A DNA stretch of 64,000 nucleotides from Octopus vulgaris (Eukaryota), in assembly GCA_951406725.2 (NCBI GenBank), contig OX597838.1:41974001-42038000 (forward strand). Direction: 5' to 3'. The number at the start of each line of letters is the position of its first letter. Position 1 is the stretch's first letter. The notes beneath the pieces were generated by a model. The model saw only the letters and a list, made by a program, of their open reading frames with translations. It searched no databases and was not told where the DNA came from. Made by a program: the position numbers and the translations under genes. Below are positions 27,451-39,853 of the stretch, in pieces.

Positions 27451-29609
27451 ATCGTCCTGGCCCTTTCATCTTGCATTCTGTTCTACCATACAAAGTCGTG
27501 AGCAGATGATCTGAGTTTTTATTTCTTAACTTTCAACATAGTGAAACATTACACACGCATTATATGAGGCGTTGGTTTGAAATAGAATTTTATGAAGGGA
27601 GACTTCAAAAATGTATCTCGATAGGAACATAATGGCATATTTACTCTGTGTCAGGACATTGTCTCTCCTCGCATCAAAGGAGTAGTTTTGCACAATAACA
27701 CAATCAAAATCCTCAAAATTGCTCCAATTGTCATAACCTTTGATCTCTTTTGGTGTTTAATATAACGAAACCCTGTCTTAGCCGTCAGGCTGTCTCTACA
27801 TACTTTAAAATAATTCAGCTCTGCCCAGCTCCCCTCTATGGAACGATGCACAGACATTCCTAGGTTGCATCAAGCACAAAGGAGGAGGAGGAGGAGGAGG
27901 AGGCCTTCTGACTGACATATTCCAACCATTTAGTCTTTACGTGTCAAGTCTTTTACAGCCATTGCTTTAATAGGTTCCGCTCTGCCAAATAAACTGTGTT
28001 CCACCTCAACTCAAGCTCTCTTGTAAAATTATTTAGATATTTTCATCAGGTCACAGAAAAATGTACAAGTTTTTCATCCCAAGCTTTGTGGGTTTTTAGG
28101 CTTTTCACCATATTTGATGCTGGTTACTGGTAGATTTAGTTGTTGTTGTTAAGCTTTACATTGGTCCTTGATGGAGTAGAGCTCTGATCAAAAACTATTC
28201 AAGCAATGACCGTCATACGTTTTTGTTTTGTTTTTTTTATGATTGTAGGTTGTGATTAGAGGGAGATCTGGCTGCTATTTTTAGCAGGTTTGAGCAACCA
28301 TTCAGTCTCCCTCTTTGGCTTGATTTGGTTATGTCTAACAGAATGTGAGAAAGCAAAACTTCAGCTGCATCATAACTGATAATGAATTCTCCCTCCTCCC
28401 CCTCCCTCTCACTGCCGCCGCCACCGCCATCCAAAAAGGTGGGGTGGGGCACAGGTGAGGAACAGGTGAGAATGTCAGTAGATGAGTAGGTAGTTTGAGA
28501 AAAGTGTGTTGGTGTCTGCAGGTGAAGGTTAATTAACGAGTTGATTGATATTAAATGAGGGACAGCAGTAGTTGTTGTTGGGGGTGGGGTCTACGGTCAT
28601 AGATGGAAGGGCCTTTGCTGGATTGTCTAGATGGAAGGAGACTTGTCAGAAATGGTAGAATGTTAAGAAATGCGTAAAACCATAGCAAGATGGTTAGGAA
28701 ATGAAAATAAGGAATTGAAGAGAGAGAGAAAGAGAGAGAGTAATGAATGACAGGTGGAAGGAGAATAGGAAGAAATTACAGGTGAAAGAAAAGAAGGAAG
28801 GAAGTGTGAGTGTTCAGTGTGTTGTTGCTACAGTTTCACTGGCAAAAACAACAACAACAACACCCACAGACATTCTCTGCACTTCCTAAAGATATTCTTC
28901 TCTTTGCAGCAGGTATTTTCAGCCAATATGCCACAAGATACCTGCGTGCCACGTATCATCCACAGGTGTGCCTGTGAGGGTTTTTTTTGTTTTGTTTTGT
29001 CTTTGTTGTGGAGGCAACATGGAAAAAATGACGCTTTATTTAGAAAACTTGGGCATTGAATTAGTTTCAAATCTGCTGCTGTTCAGGTGGGGGTGGGTGG
29101 GTGGGGTGGGTGGGGGTCTTTTTTGCGTCGGTGAATTGTTTCTGTCTTATTATAATAATCTCTGTTACTAAAATAACATTATGTGCATCTCTCTTTCACT
29201 CTCTGCGTCACATTTTAACCTTGAACTTGACCTTCAACAATAATTTTAACTCCATTTACCCTTGACATGCAATGAGGTGGGTGTGTGGGAAGAGGAGGAG
29301 GAGGAGATTCTGAGAAATAAAATAATTTACTTTGATGTTTCCCTCTTTGCTGTTGCTCCCATTTTATTTTATTTACTCTGCACTTTGGGTGCATCAGAGC
29401 TGCTGTTTTCGGTACATCAGAGCTGCTGTTTATCTTTGGTGGAAATGTTGCTTCATATTCGTTTCATAGTCATTATGACATCTTCTCAATACAATCTGAG
29501 AGATTCTATCACCACTGAAAAACCATTCATCTTTTGTGCTTGTCACCCCACCCCCTCTATGTTGATGTGGTGTTATTTTTCTCTCTTTCAAGAAATATTT
29601 CTTATTATT

Positions 29610-30070
29610 TACTTGGAAGCTCCCAAGTCTTTGAGACGCTTGAGGCAGTCAAAGTTTGTTCCTCACTTCTCTCAATGCATCATTCCATATTCTGTCAATC
29701 ATGTCTCTGTTGTTTGTTTGGTGCCAGTTCATCTTTGGGCGCCCTCTCTGTCTCTTTGCACAGGTTTCCCACTGAAGGACTTGCTTGGTGAGTCCTTCGC
29801 ATGACCTAGCCACCTCAGATGCCATTTGCACACCAAGTTGGACAAAGCTTGTTGATTGGTTTGTTGTCATGCTTCTTGATCGGTAACAAAGTCACTTTGC
29901 TTTGATGCCAAGAATTCTATGTATACCTCTGCTGTCAAAGATATCCAATCTCTTTTCAAGGCTGATTTTCATCTGCCATGGTTTTCACCTATAAATAAAA
30001 TTGGCAGCCCATTGTTGTTGTAGAACCCAAGTATTGAACTTAGGGATAACATTTTGCTCCTCCAGATCCT
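29610..30070 (-). mobile_element. Decayed RTE LINE, ORF2 C-terminal part
   Basis: RIWRSKMLSL...LEKRLDIFDSRGIHRILGI...LTKQVLQWETCAKRQRGRPKMNW. Confidence 0.8.
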
Positions 30071-30647
30071 TAGAAAACAAGGAACACAGTTTTAAATAAC
30101 AATCCATTGTAAGCTGATAAAATTAATCCTTATTAAACATCTGGACATCTTTTGGCCCTCACTTGATTCCTTGAGGGTCCTCCCAGATATATCACTATCA
30201 TTCTTATCTCTTTCCTGCTCCACCCCAGTCACTCTCCCCTTTCTTCTAAAATATGAGTAGTTCGGTGGCCCTTAAAAGCTGGAAACTTGTTCTGCTCTGA
30301 TCTCATCTCTCATACTTTAGCCCCTTCCTAGCATAAAGCCCCTTCTCCAACCCTTCAAGGTTTGTAGCCTTGCAAGCTGTATGACACCCTCACTAGTGCT
30401 GGTGGCTAAAAAAAAAAGCTCCCAGTCCATGCTGTAAAGTGGTTGCCATTAAGAAGGGCATAGAAGCTATGCCAAAGCAGACACTGGAACTTGATGCAGT
30501 CCTTGGACACATCGCTTCCCGTCCAACTGCCCAACTCATGCCAGCATGGAATACGGACATTAAATGGTGATGATTAAGAATAAAACGAGACCTTTGGAAA
30601 GAAGAAAGATGGGGAAAGGATAGATAAAAACACTATTACACAGAGAA

Positions 30648-30678
<31 letters not shown>

Positions 30679-31242
30679 AGGGAGAAAGTAAAACTGGGAA
30701 AGTGAAAACTGGGTGACAATTCTAGAATCTGAAAATGAAGAAAAGCAACTGAAAAAGTTTAAGTTGAATCAGGTTAATAGGTTTTCACAATGGAACAAGA
30801 ATTCTTGTAAGTTATTTCTATGAATGCATGAGTAAAGGTGACAGAGGAAACAGGTCTCATTGTGTTGAGAATTAAAGCCAACTCTCTGGCATTGTTCTAC
30901 CATTCACTCTTTACAATGTTTGTAGTTTCCAGTTCAAGTGACTTTCACAATGACACCCAAGAAAGCAGCTCAGTGTAAGTCAGCAAAGAAACTAGGTCTG
31001 TTCTTTTCTCAACTGATCTATTTATGCTTGGACAACAAAAAGCAAAGATATTTTGCATGGTGTTCACAATCAGCTGCAGTTCTCATGATCTGTTGTGAAT
31101 AGTATGCATAGACAACTGTGCCGGCCGTGCTCCTGACATGCCAAGAAGTGTTGGGTTTCTCTGTTCTGGCAAAACAACCCTGGAATTGTTTTTATACACT
31201 GTTTCCCTCATGGAGACAACATAATTCCAAAATCATTAATCT

Positions 31243-31275
<33 letters not shown>

Positions 31276-31286
31276 AGAGAGATGGC

Positions 31287-31691
31287 TTACTCTTTTACTC
31301 GTTTCAGTCATTTGACTGCGGCCATGCTGGAGCACCGCCTTTAATCGAGCATCTCGACCCCCAGGACTTATTCTTTAGTAAGCCCAGTACTTATTCTATC
31401 GGTCTCTTTTGCCGAACCGCTAAGTAACGGGGACATAAACACACCAGCATCGGTTGTCAAGCAATGCTAGGGGGACAAACACAGACACACGAACACACAC
31501 ACACATATATATATATATATACACATATATACGACGGGCTTCTTTCAGTTTCCGTCTACCAAATCCACTCACAAGGCTTTGGTCGGCCCGAGGCTATAGT
31601 AGAAGACACTTGCCCAAGGTGCCACGCAGTGGGACTGAACCCGGAACCATGTGGTTGGTAAACAAGCTACTTACCACACAGCCACTCCTGC
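31287..31691 (-). mobile_element. SINE family A, full length, young (CpGs intact)
   Basis: Minus strand reads caggagtggctgtgtggtaagtagc...ccgggttcagtcccactgcgtggcaccttgggcaagtg; many related copies in window. Confidence 0.92.
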
Positions 31692-32464
31692 TTGTGTAGT
31701 TAATTCTATCAAGAGTTGACTATGAAAATGAAGGTTGTTTTTTTTTTCTCCCTCTGTTCTTCCATGGAAGTGACTCACACAAAAGTGAGGTACTTCCTGT
31801 AGGGTGGGAATGGGGTGTGCTTGCCAGGTTTTATAAATTTCTTCTCCATTTGGTCACATGTGGAATATCTAAGTTGGTTGACTTGCTTTTATGATGAGAC
31901 ACGGTGTTATGAAGTTGTATTCTTCGGACATTCTCCAATTATTCAGAACAGTCAGCAAGAACAGAAATGATCTGAATTGTATAAACAAAATTATGTTTTC
32001 GGAGAAGATTCTAGAAAATCGAAAGTAAAAAGTATTTCAGCTTTTGAATTAATTCTGCAAAATTTGTCTTTGTTGAGTAAAAATATTAACAACTATCTTC
32101 CATTAGTTGATGTAATTTCTTCAGATTGAGAAATAAGTAAAATCCACTTCTTTTCTGAAGATGTGGAATTGACAACAATTGAAAGTGACAGGTGACTCAA
32201 AGAGCAGAACTTGTCAACAGAAATAATCGGATTCTGGTTTTCTCTCTCCGACAACTCTCCATCCCTCCTCCTCCTCCTCCTCCTGTCACCACAGTGAAAG
32301 TTATTAAAAGTTCTTGTTCCTTTCTCAATTCACGTCTTTGTGAAACTAGTTTCTCTTCTCTGAACATGACTAAGAACAGACAGATGGCAGTTTCAAACAC
32401 TGAAGGAAGAAGGTTTCGTCAGTATTTTCAATCTTGGTCAAATGATGTCATGAGACAACTCGGT

Positions 32465-32680
32465 TGACACCAATCCATCTGTGGCCATCCTTGCTTGATA
32501 AAAACTTCTTGTTTAGAGGTCATTTAAATTAAACCCGTCCATCAAAATTTCATATTTATTCATATTCCAAAGACCCAGCTTAAAAATGAGTTGTTTTAAT
32601 AATTTCTTTGTTATTTTCAAACTTAATTGCAACAAAAGCAAAAGCATTGTATTTCAACAGAAATATAAGGAAACGGTTAA
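32465..32680. mobile_element. Non-autonomous DNA element, TTAA-ended (piggyBac-like MITE family 1)
   Basis: Repeats at ~25480-25920 (split), 42640-42830, 47820-47990, 50000-50215 and 53150-53290; ends ...aaacggttaa / gaaggcttaa. Confidence 0.55.
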
Positions 32681-33276
32681 GAATGGGGACAGATTGTGGT
32701 TTCAAACACTGGCGGCTTTGGGTCTGCTTGTCTGTAAGTCCAGTCTTGGTCAAGAGACATCAAACGACATTACACAGCCAAAAGCTTCCTGTTAATATTA
32801 CCAGTGAACACTTTTCATTTATTTTATCTAGTTTCAGCTCACGAGTTGTGGCCATGCTGGGGCACTGCCATTTGTTCATACTTCAATGTTCTTCAATATA
32901 TTTTCCTCAACTTGCTTTATACTTACGATAAAAAAAAAAACAACACAAAAACAGAAAACATAAGAAGTTGCTACATTGTTCTCTATTTACATAAAATACA
33001 ATGTTTTTTTATTCATGGAGCAAAATATTGATTTTTTTTTTTTTTTTTTTCACTTTTACTCCAGAGATGAGAATTCACTTAAAGCACTTTTACTCTGGAG
33101 TTGCTGTAAACTCTTTGCACTTTCACAACCTCGTCTCTCTGGGGTTAATATTAATGACTTGTGAATGCAAATTGTACATTTTCTAACACTCTGCACTTGT
33201 GCATGTGCATTCTCTTGCAGCAAAGTGCAGTGTATGCATCTGCTGCCTGTTTTGAAAATAATTATTTATTTTTCAT

Positions 33277-33682
33277 AGGCATAGGAGTGTCTGTGTGGTA
33301 AGTAGCTTGCTTACAAACCACATGGTTCTGGGTTCAGTCACAATGCGTGGCACCTAGGGCAAGTGTCTTCTACTATAGCCTCGGGCCGACCAAAGCGTTG
33401 GATTTGGTTGATAGAAACTGAAAGAAGCCTGTCGTATATATGTATATATATATGCATGTGTTTGTGTATATGTTTGTGTGTCTGTGTTTGTCCCCCCAAC
33501 ATTACTTGACAACTGATGCTGGTTTGTTTACATCCCCGTAACTTAGCGGTTCGGCAAAAGAGGATGACAGAATAAGTACCAAGCTTACAAATAATAAATC
33601 CTGGGGTCGATTTGCTCGACTAAAGGCGGTGCTCCAGCATGGCCACAGTCAAACGACTGAAACAAGTAAAAGAGTAAAGAGT
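33277..33682 (+). mobile_element. SINE family A, full length
   Basis: Reverse complement of the 31287-31691 copy; gactgaaacaagtaaaagagtaaagagt tail. Confidence 0.92.
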
Positions 33683-34391
33683 TTATAATGAACATTTGAA
33701 CTGTTGGTGTACTGAGGTATATTCGGGCCCCTTATTTCCAGTGCCATGGATAAAAAAAAAAGAGGTTCAAAATCACTGCTTTCCATGGTTACTCAATTAG
33801 TAGAAATAGCAGCCAAATCTTCCTCATGCCATAATTTGTTTTATTCAGATGACGTTGAGTAGTGATACATTCTACCTGACAAAAGGGTACTCTATATATG
33901 TGATAAAAAGTGGGATGGTCATGTTTGGCTTGCCTTTGACCAAATCACTGATTTAATCTGACTTGAAGTCACTTTTTCTTTCTTCCAAATAAGCAGTTGT
34001 TAACGAGCCCAAATATTCTTCTTGTTTTGTGCCCAAACTGGCCAGATCCAGCCTATCACACATAGCCTACAATGTCATTCTAAATATAAACAACCATCTC
34101 ATCAAAATGTGAGAGCTATGAGATAATGTGTGATTAATTACAAACAATATGAATAAATAAGTATTAGATTTGAGAGAGTAATGTGAATGCTAAATGGTTA
34201 ATTCGCATCTGGAAATATTTCTTTGTGTTTCTAGGCAAAATGTTTCCTTCTAAATTGTCTCAGTCGACCGAAATCACAGAAACAGCAATGAGATCATCTA
34301 ACAATGTGCTCTGAGATACAATTATTCTAGTTTAAGTTTTGCTGGTACAGATGACCACCCTCACTCACTTTGGATTGTGTATCGGGCAAAG

Positions 34392-34774
34392 ATGTAGTTT
34401 TGTGGTTGAGAAGTTTGCTTCTCAACCACATGGTCCTGAGTTCAGTTCCACTGCATGTTACTTTGGATGTCTTCTACAATAGCTCTGGGCTGAACAAAAT
34501 TTTGTAAGCAGATTTGGAGGATGGAAACTGAAAGAAGCCCATTGTGTGTCTTGTCTAGATATCACATGATGGTTGTGAATAAAATTGATCATTCAAGCAA
34601 AGCTATTTTCAGTCTTCCATGAAAAATATATCTGGCTATTGGAAAATCTGACCCTGCTTGAATACAAGTGAAGGTTTGTGACAGGAAGGGCATCCAGCTA
34701 TACAAGAATCTGCTCAACAAATTCCATCTGATTCCTGCCGACATGGAAAAGCGGACATTGAAACACTGATGATG
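34392..34774 (+). mobile_element. SINE family A, variant A2
   Basis: Family A head plus gacaggaagggcatccagc...catggaaaagcggacattgaa...gatgatga tail. Confidence 0.75.
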
Positions 34775-35528
34775 AATCTGTCGAGGTATGAACAGAAAAT
34801 AAAGCTTTTCAAATTCAAAAGAAATGCCAGGTCCCTACTGGCAGTGCCAAAGCATCCCCAAAGCCATGGCTCTAAGATTCTTTCAGCTCTGATCAGTTTT
34901 ACTGATTCTCTACAAAGCTCCAGACCCCCATTAGTGAGCATCACTGATATGGAATGAAACCAGATTGCCCCCCCCCCCATCCATAAGAAGGCCATTCAAC
35001 TAATTGGCAGTAATTCAACCACCAACATATAATATCTCACAGATAGCTGGCTTCTTCCTTCGCAGCCAGCAACTGTTGCTCTACTCTCTCTACTCCCCCC
35101 CTCCTGCCATCTCTCTGAAAGAGCCGCATTCATTCATTCATCCTCAAAGTTTTTCACTTAGTGGTACACTGAAGAAGATCAAGTATAGAAAGAAAGAAAA
35201 ATATTGTCCCACATGGAAAACTAAAAAAAATTTTCTTTTTAAAGTTGAGAGAAAAAAATATAGAAATCTGATTCCTTTGTTTGTTGCTCATATTTGTAAG
35301 GTTGTGATTTGGCAGAGTTGTCTGTGAGTCAGATAAAAGGCCAAGCGGCAGCACTTCCACCTGGTTCTTTGTTCTGATTTCAAACCCTGCAAGACCATCT
35401 TTGCCCATCGTTCTTTCAGGGTCAGTCATGCTGATCCCAGTCAAGTGCTGTGACCAATGTAATCGACTGACTGCCCCATGCCTAAATTTTAGGACTTTGT
35501 GCCAAAATGTGAAACATTTATTACATGT

Positions 35529-35930
35529 ACAGGTCTGGTTGTGTGGTTAAGAAGCTTGCTTTGCGACCATGTGGTTTTGGGTTCAGTCCCACTGTGCAAC
35601 ACCTTGAGTAAGTGTTTTCTACTGTAGCTCCAGGCTGGCCGATTCCTTGTGAGTGAATTTGGTAGGCAGAAACTGTGTGGAAGCCCATCACACATGCATG
35701 CACACATGCACACACACACGTGTGCATGTCTGTTTGCCCTCCCACCACCACCACTTGACAGCCTTTGTTAATTTGTTTTTGTTCTTATAACTTAGCAGTT
35801 TCGCAAATGAGGCTGACAGAATTAGTACCAGACTTCAAAAAGTTGTGGGGCCAATTTCTTTGACTAAAACCATTCAAGGTGGTGCTCCACCTTGGCCACA
35901 GTCGAATGACTGAAACAAGTAAACGATAAA
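35529..35930 (+). mobile_element. SINE family A, diverged full length
   Basis: A/B boxes, core and gactgaaacaagtaaa tail. Confidence 0.82.
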
Positions 35931-36581
35931 AAAAAAATACTTGTGTATGTGTAATACTTGTCATACCAGCAGTGAACGGCATCGTCATTTGGCCGGGCAA
36001 ACGGCCTGGACTGATTCAGTCATGTTGGTCTTTTGCTAACTGAAATCTTTCATCTGCAGACACCGTGACCTGTGATGAAAGCAGGAATTCACTTACTGAA
36101 ATGGTTGATCTTGCCTGTTGACAGTGCATTGTCTCAATATCTGCTTATAGTTTCCTTTGACTCTAAATTTATAATCTGCTAAAATAGTTCACATCCACCT
36201 GGCTGCATCCCATGATTTCAACATGACTCTGGCTTGGATGGTCTTTATTATCCGGGACTTGCCAAGGAACTACCTGTGATTTGGTCTGAGGTTGTTTATT
36301 CCCATATCCACAGCTGACTTTAGCCTGTGGCATAGTTACTATAAAACACACACACACACAATAATAATTATTCTTAGAGCATTGACCAAGATGCATTGTG
36401 GCATTGCTTCTAGCTCTTCACTTCCCAAGGTCCAGTGCCACTGAGGTCAACTCTGCCTATCATTCTTCCAAAGTCAATAAAATGAATACCATTTCTCAAC
36501 TAGGTTTGATGGTAGCTAGTAATCTTAGCCCTTAAATTTCTGGTCTTGTGCCTGTATTAGAAACCGTTACCGTTGTTGTCC

Positions 36582-36782
36582 AGGCAGTGAGCTGGCAAAA
36601 TGCTTAGCGGCATTTCTTGTCTTCACACTCTGAGTTCAAATTCCACTCTGGTTGACTTGCCTTTCATCGTTTTGGGGTTTGATAAAACGAGTACCAGTTG
36701 AGGACGGGGGTCGTTGGAATCGACTGGACTGCCTCCCCTCTCTCCAAGATTCCTGGCCTTGTGCCAAAGTTTGAAACCATTA
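36582..36782 (+). mobile_element. SINE family B
   Basis: ggcagtgagctggcaaaatgcttagcgg...gagttcaaattcc...gccttgtgccaaagtttgaaacc. Confidence 0.8.
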
Positions 36783-37829
36783 CTTTTTAATCGGTAGAAA
36801 ATTACAAAAGTGACTCAAGAGCAGAGAGTTTAGTTATGTCAAACCGTGTGTGTGTGTGTGTGTAATGTATGAATATTCACAAGCACACCTTCCTTTGCCT
36901 ACTCATCAAGCCGTGGAGCAGATAATTACCCCACCCCCATCACCAACATCAATAAAACATACAAATGTAAGGGAGATAATTATATAATATATAGAAAATT
37001 TCTGATTGAGTCAGAAAAAATATGTTGGAGAGGTGAGTGGGGGGTTGGAGAGATGGTGTACTGGAATTAATTAATCACTCCATCATTTCTAGCTTTGATG
37101 AGTTCGAAAGCAAGAGTCGGTACTAACAACCTATACTGGGCTTCATTGATTCTAAAGAAACTATCCATTATCGCTTAGTGAGGTCTGTGGTGTGTTAATA
37201 GCCAGGTGGTTAGGACTCTGTCTTCGTGTCTTCGTGTTGGGTTTGCCCTAACCAGTGGCAGTAGCTGGGTAGTTTTTCAGTTTTACCTGTAAAAGGCTTT
37301 CTTTTCGTTGAGACGGAAGCAAAGGGATAGAGCCCATGCAAATTTGTAGGTGTCTCAAGCACTGTTGGGGGCCAGGCAAATATGTTGAGCGATTATATCC
37401 CCCACCTCTTTAAAGTGTATCGAAAAGAAATTAAATGCTTAAAAAAAAAAAAAAAAAATGCCGACACCTCAGAGAACGAGAAAGTGATCTGACCATTGAT
37501 GATGATGATGACGTTTGCGAAGAAGAAGAAGAAGCAGGAACGGTTAAATGATGAAACAACTTGGTTCAGTAACATTCCTTTGAGCAGGGTTGTTGACGGA
37601 ATGAAAGGCGAAGCAGCGTGGCAATAAAATGAAGAATAAAAATTGCAGCATTCCACTTTATATTGGTAAAGGGAAGGTGTGTGTGTGTGTCAGTGCGCGC
37701 AAGAGCCAGGTAATAGAAATGATTTGCCACATTCAGGAAGCGAGCAATAAACCTCTGAGATAAACGAAGAAAGACAAGCTAAAAAGAAAAAAACAACGAT
37801 GAGGAACTAGCCTGAAAGAAATGTCTGGA

Positions 37830-37992
37830 TGTAAATAAACCGGCAACAACAACAACAATAACAAGAATACATGGAATGACTGGCAGTATTTCCTCCTCTT
37901 CTTTATAAATAGAAAAGCCTCGGCTGTTAAAAATATATACAGGCCCAAAAATGGTGTCCGTTTCAGTTACGTATGAAGATGAGTGGGCGGAG
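37830..37992. promoter_or_regulatory. Candidate intronic enhancer/promoter with Forkhead, MEF2, CArG and GC-box motifs
   Basis: gtaaata 37831-37837; ttataaatag 37903-37912 (YTAWWWWTAR); ccaaaaatgg 37945-37954 (CC(A/T)6GG); gggcgg 37985-37990; locally CpG-rich unique sequence. Confidence 0.4.
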
Positions 37993-38803
37993 CATCATCA
38001 TCATCATCGTCGTCGTCATTGTGTGTGTGTGTGTGGTGGAACGTCGGTGCGCAAATGTCTGAGAATGTGAGAGAGAGAGAGAAGAAAAGGATCAAAAGGT
38101 TGAGTGTGGAAGAGAGGGGGAGCATGTCAGGTTGGAGAGGTCGCGCTGGGGATAAATGGAAAGGTGAGCGAGAATGTGTATGCGTGTGTGTGTATGTATG
38201 TATGTATATATATATATATATAACAATAATTAAGGGACCCTTAATTATTGTTATAATTATATATAAAACTTCTTGTATAAGTTTTTACCGAATATGGTTC
38301 CTTTCCATACCGAAACTAATTGGTGAAATTTATTAATTATAAATTAATAATTTTTTTACCCTATATATATATATACACACACACACAGATATATATACAC
38401 GTACAAGTAAGCTTAGAGTTTTGCCTTGAAAACCTAGCGGAATACGTGATACTTGTTTTCAGTCAGGTTCTGTGGCCACGCTGGAGCACTGCCACTGATG
38501 TGTTTGTTAGTTTATATCATTTCACTGTCACCAACAAAATTAACGAAAATAAAATAAATCCGGTTTTTCGCATGTAATTTTTTTTTCTTAATAACGAAAT
38601 TGGATGATCCCCGCTTCACGAAAAGTTTGTCTGAAGGATAAATAGCTGAATAAATTAATAAATTACAAGGATATATTTTAATGAATTAGAATTGCTAATT
38701 AAAGAAGGAAAAACATTTTCCCGCTGTCTGTAAAACTACATCGCAATTGCGTGGGGGTGGGTAACTATGTTCTTCCACCCTTCTTTCTTTGTGTGTGTGT
38801 GTA

Positions 38804-38836
<33 letters not shown>

Positions 38837-39203
38837 TTTTACTTACTTCACTCATTTGACTGCGGCCATGCTGGGGCATCGCATTCAGTCAAGCAAATCT
38901 ATCCTAGGACTTATTCTATCGGTGTCTTTTTGCCGATCTGCTAAGTTACGGGACGTAAACACACCAGCATCGGTTGTCAAGCGACGTTTGGGGTGGGGGG
39001 ACACAAACGCATAAACACACACACACATGTATGTATATATATATACGACGGGCTTCTTTCAGTTTCCGTCTACCAAATCCACTCACAAGGCTTTGGTCGA
39101 CCCGAGGCTATAGCAAAAGACACTTGCCCCAGGTGCCACGCAATGAGACTGAACTCGGAACCATGTGGTTGGTGAGCAAGCTACTTACCAACAGCCACTC
39201 CTA
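38837..39203 (-). mobile_element. SINE family A
   Basis: Collinear with 31287-31691, with a short internal deletion. Confidence 0.88.
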
Positions 39204-39415
39204 TATACATATAATTCGACAGAAAGTTACGAAAGTGTTTCAAGGGCCGAGAGTTTTTTGTAAGCGTTACTTATCACTCCTTGGTGTCGTGCACGAAATT
39301 CTCGGGCCTTGAATCACTTTTGTAATACACTGCTAATTATTATTATTATTATTATTATTAATGGTTTCAAATTTTGGCACAATGCCAGCAATTTCGAGCG
39401 AATAGGCATGTCAAT

Positions 39416-39631
39416 TTACTCTTTTACTTGTTTCAGCCATTTGACAGTGGCCATGCTGGAGCACCGCCTTTAGTCGAGCAAATCGACCCCAGGACTTATT
39501 CTAGTACTTAGCCTAGTACTTATTCTATTGGGTCTCTCTTGCCAAACCGCTAAGTTACGGGGACATTAACACACCAGCATCGGTTGTCAAGCGATGTTGA
39601 GGGGACAAACACAAACACACAAACACACACA

Positions 39632-39687
<56 letters not shown>

Positions 39688-39853
39688 TACGGCAGGCTTC
39701 TTTCAGTTTCTGTCTACCAAATCCACTCACAAGGCTTTGGTCGGCCCGGGGCTATAGTGGAAGACACTTGCCCAAGGTGCCATGCAGTGTGACTGAACCC
39801 AGAACCATGTGGTTGGTAAACAAGCTACTTACCACACTGCCACTCCTGCGCCT
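39416..39853 (-). mobile_element. SINE family A, full length, inserted in a family B SINE
   Basis: Complete 5' end (aggcgcaggagtggc on minus strand); gtcaatt repeated on both flanks. Confidence 0.9.

Noticed and set aside
29634-29660. RRLRQSKF in ORF 29262-29804 resembling the coronin N-terminus (VRQSKFRHV)
   Set aside because: Continues VPHF rather than RHVF, no downstream NPKF or GGGAF motifs, and the region is the antisense of an RTE LINE fragment.
33277-33355. tRNA gene
   Set aside because: A/B boxes are present but there is no cloverleaf; this is the head of a multi-copy SINE, as are the similar heads elsewhere.
37091-37102. agctttgatgag, matching the 3' half of miR-2 family sequences
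   Set aside because: Seed region does not match and no flanking hairpin is evident.
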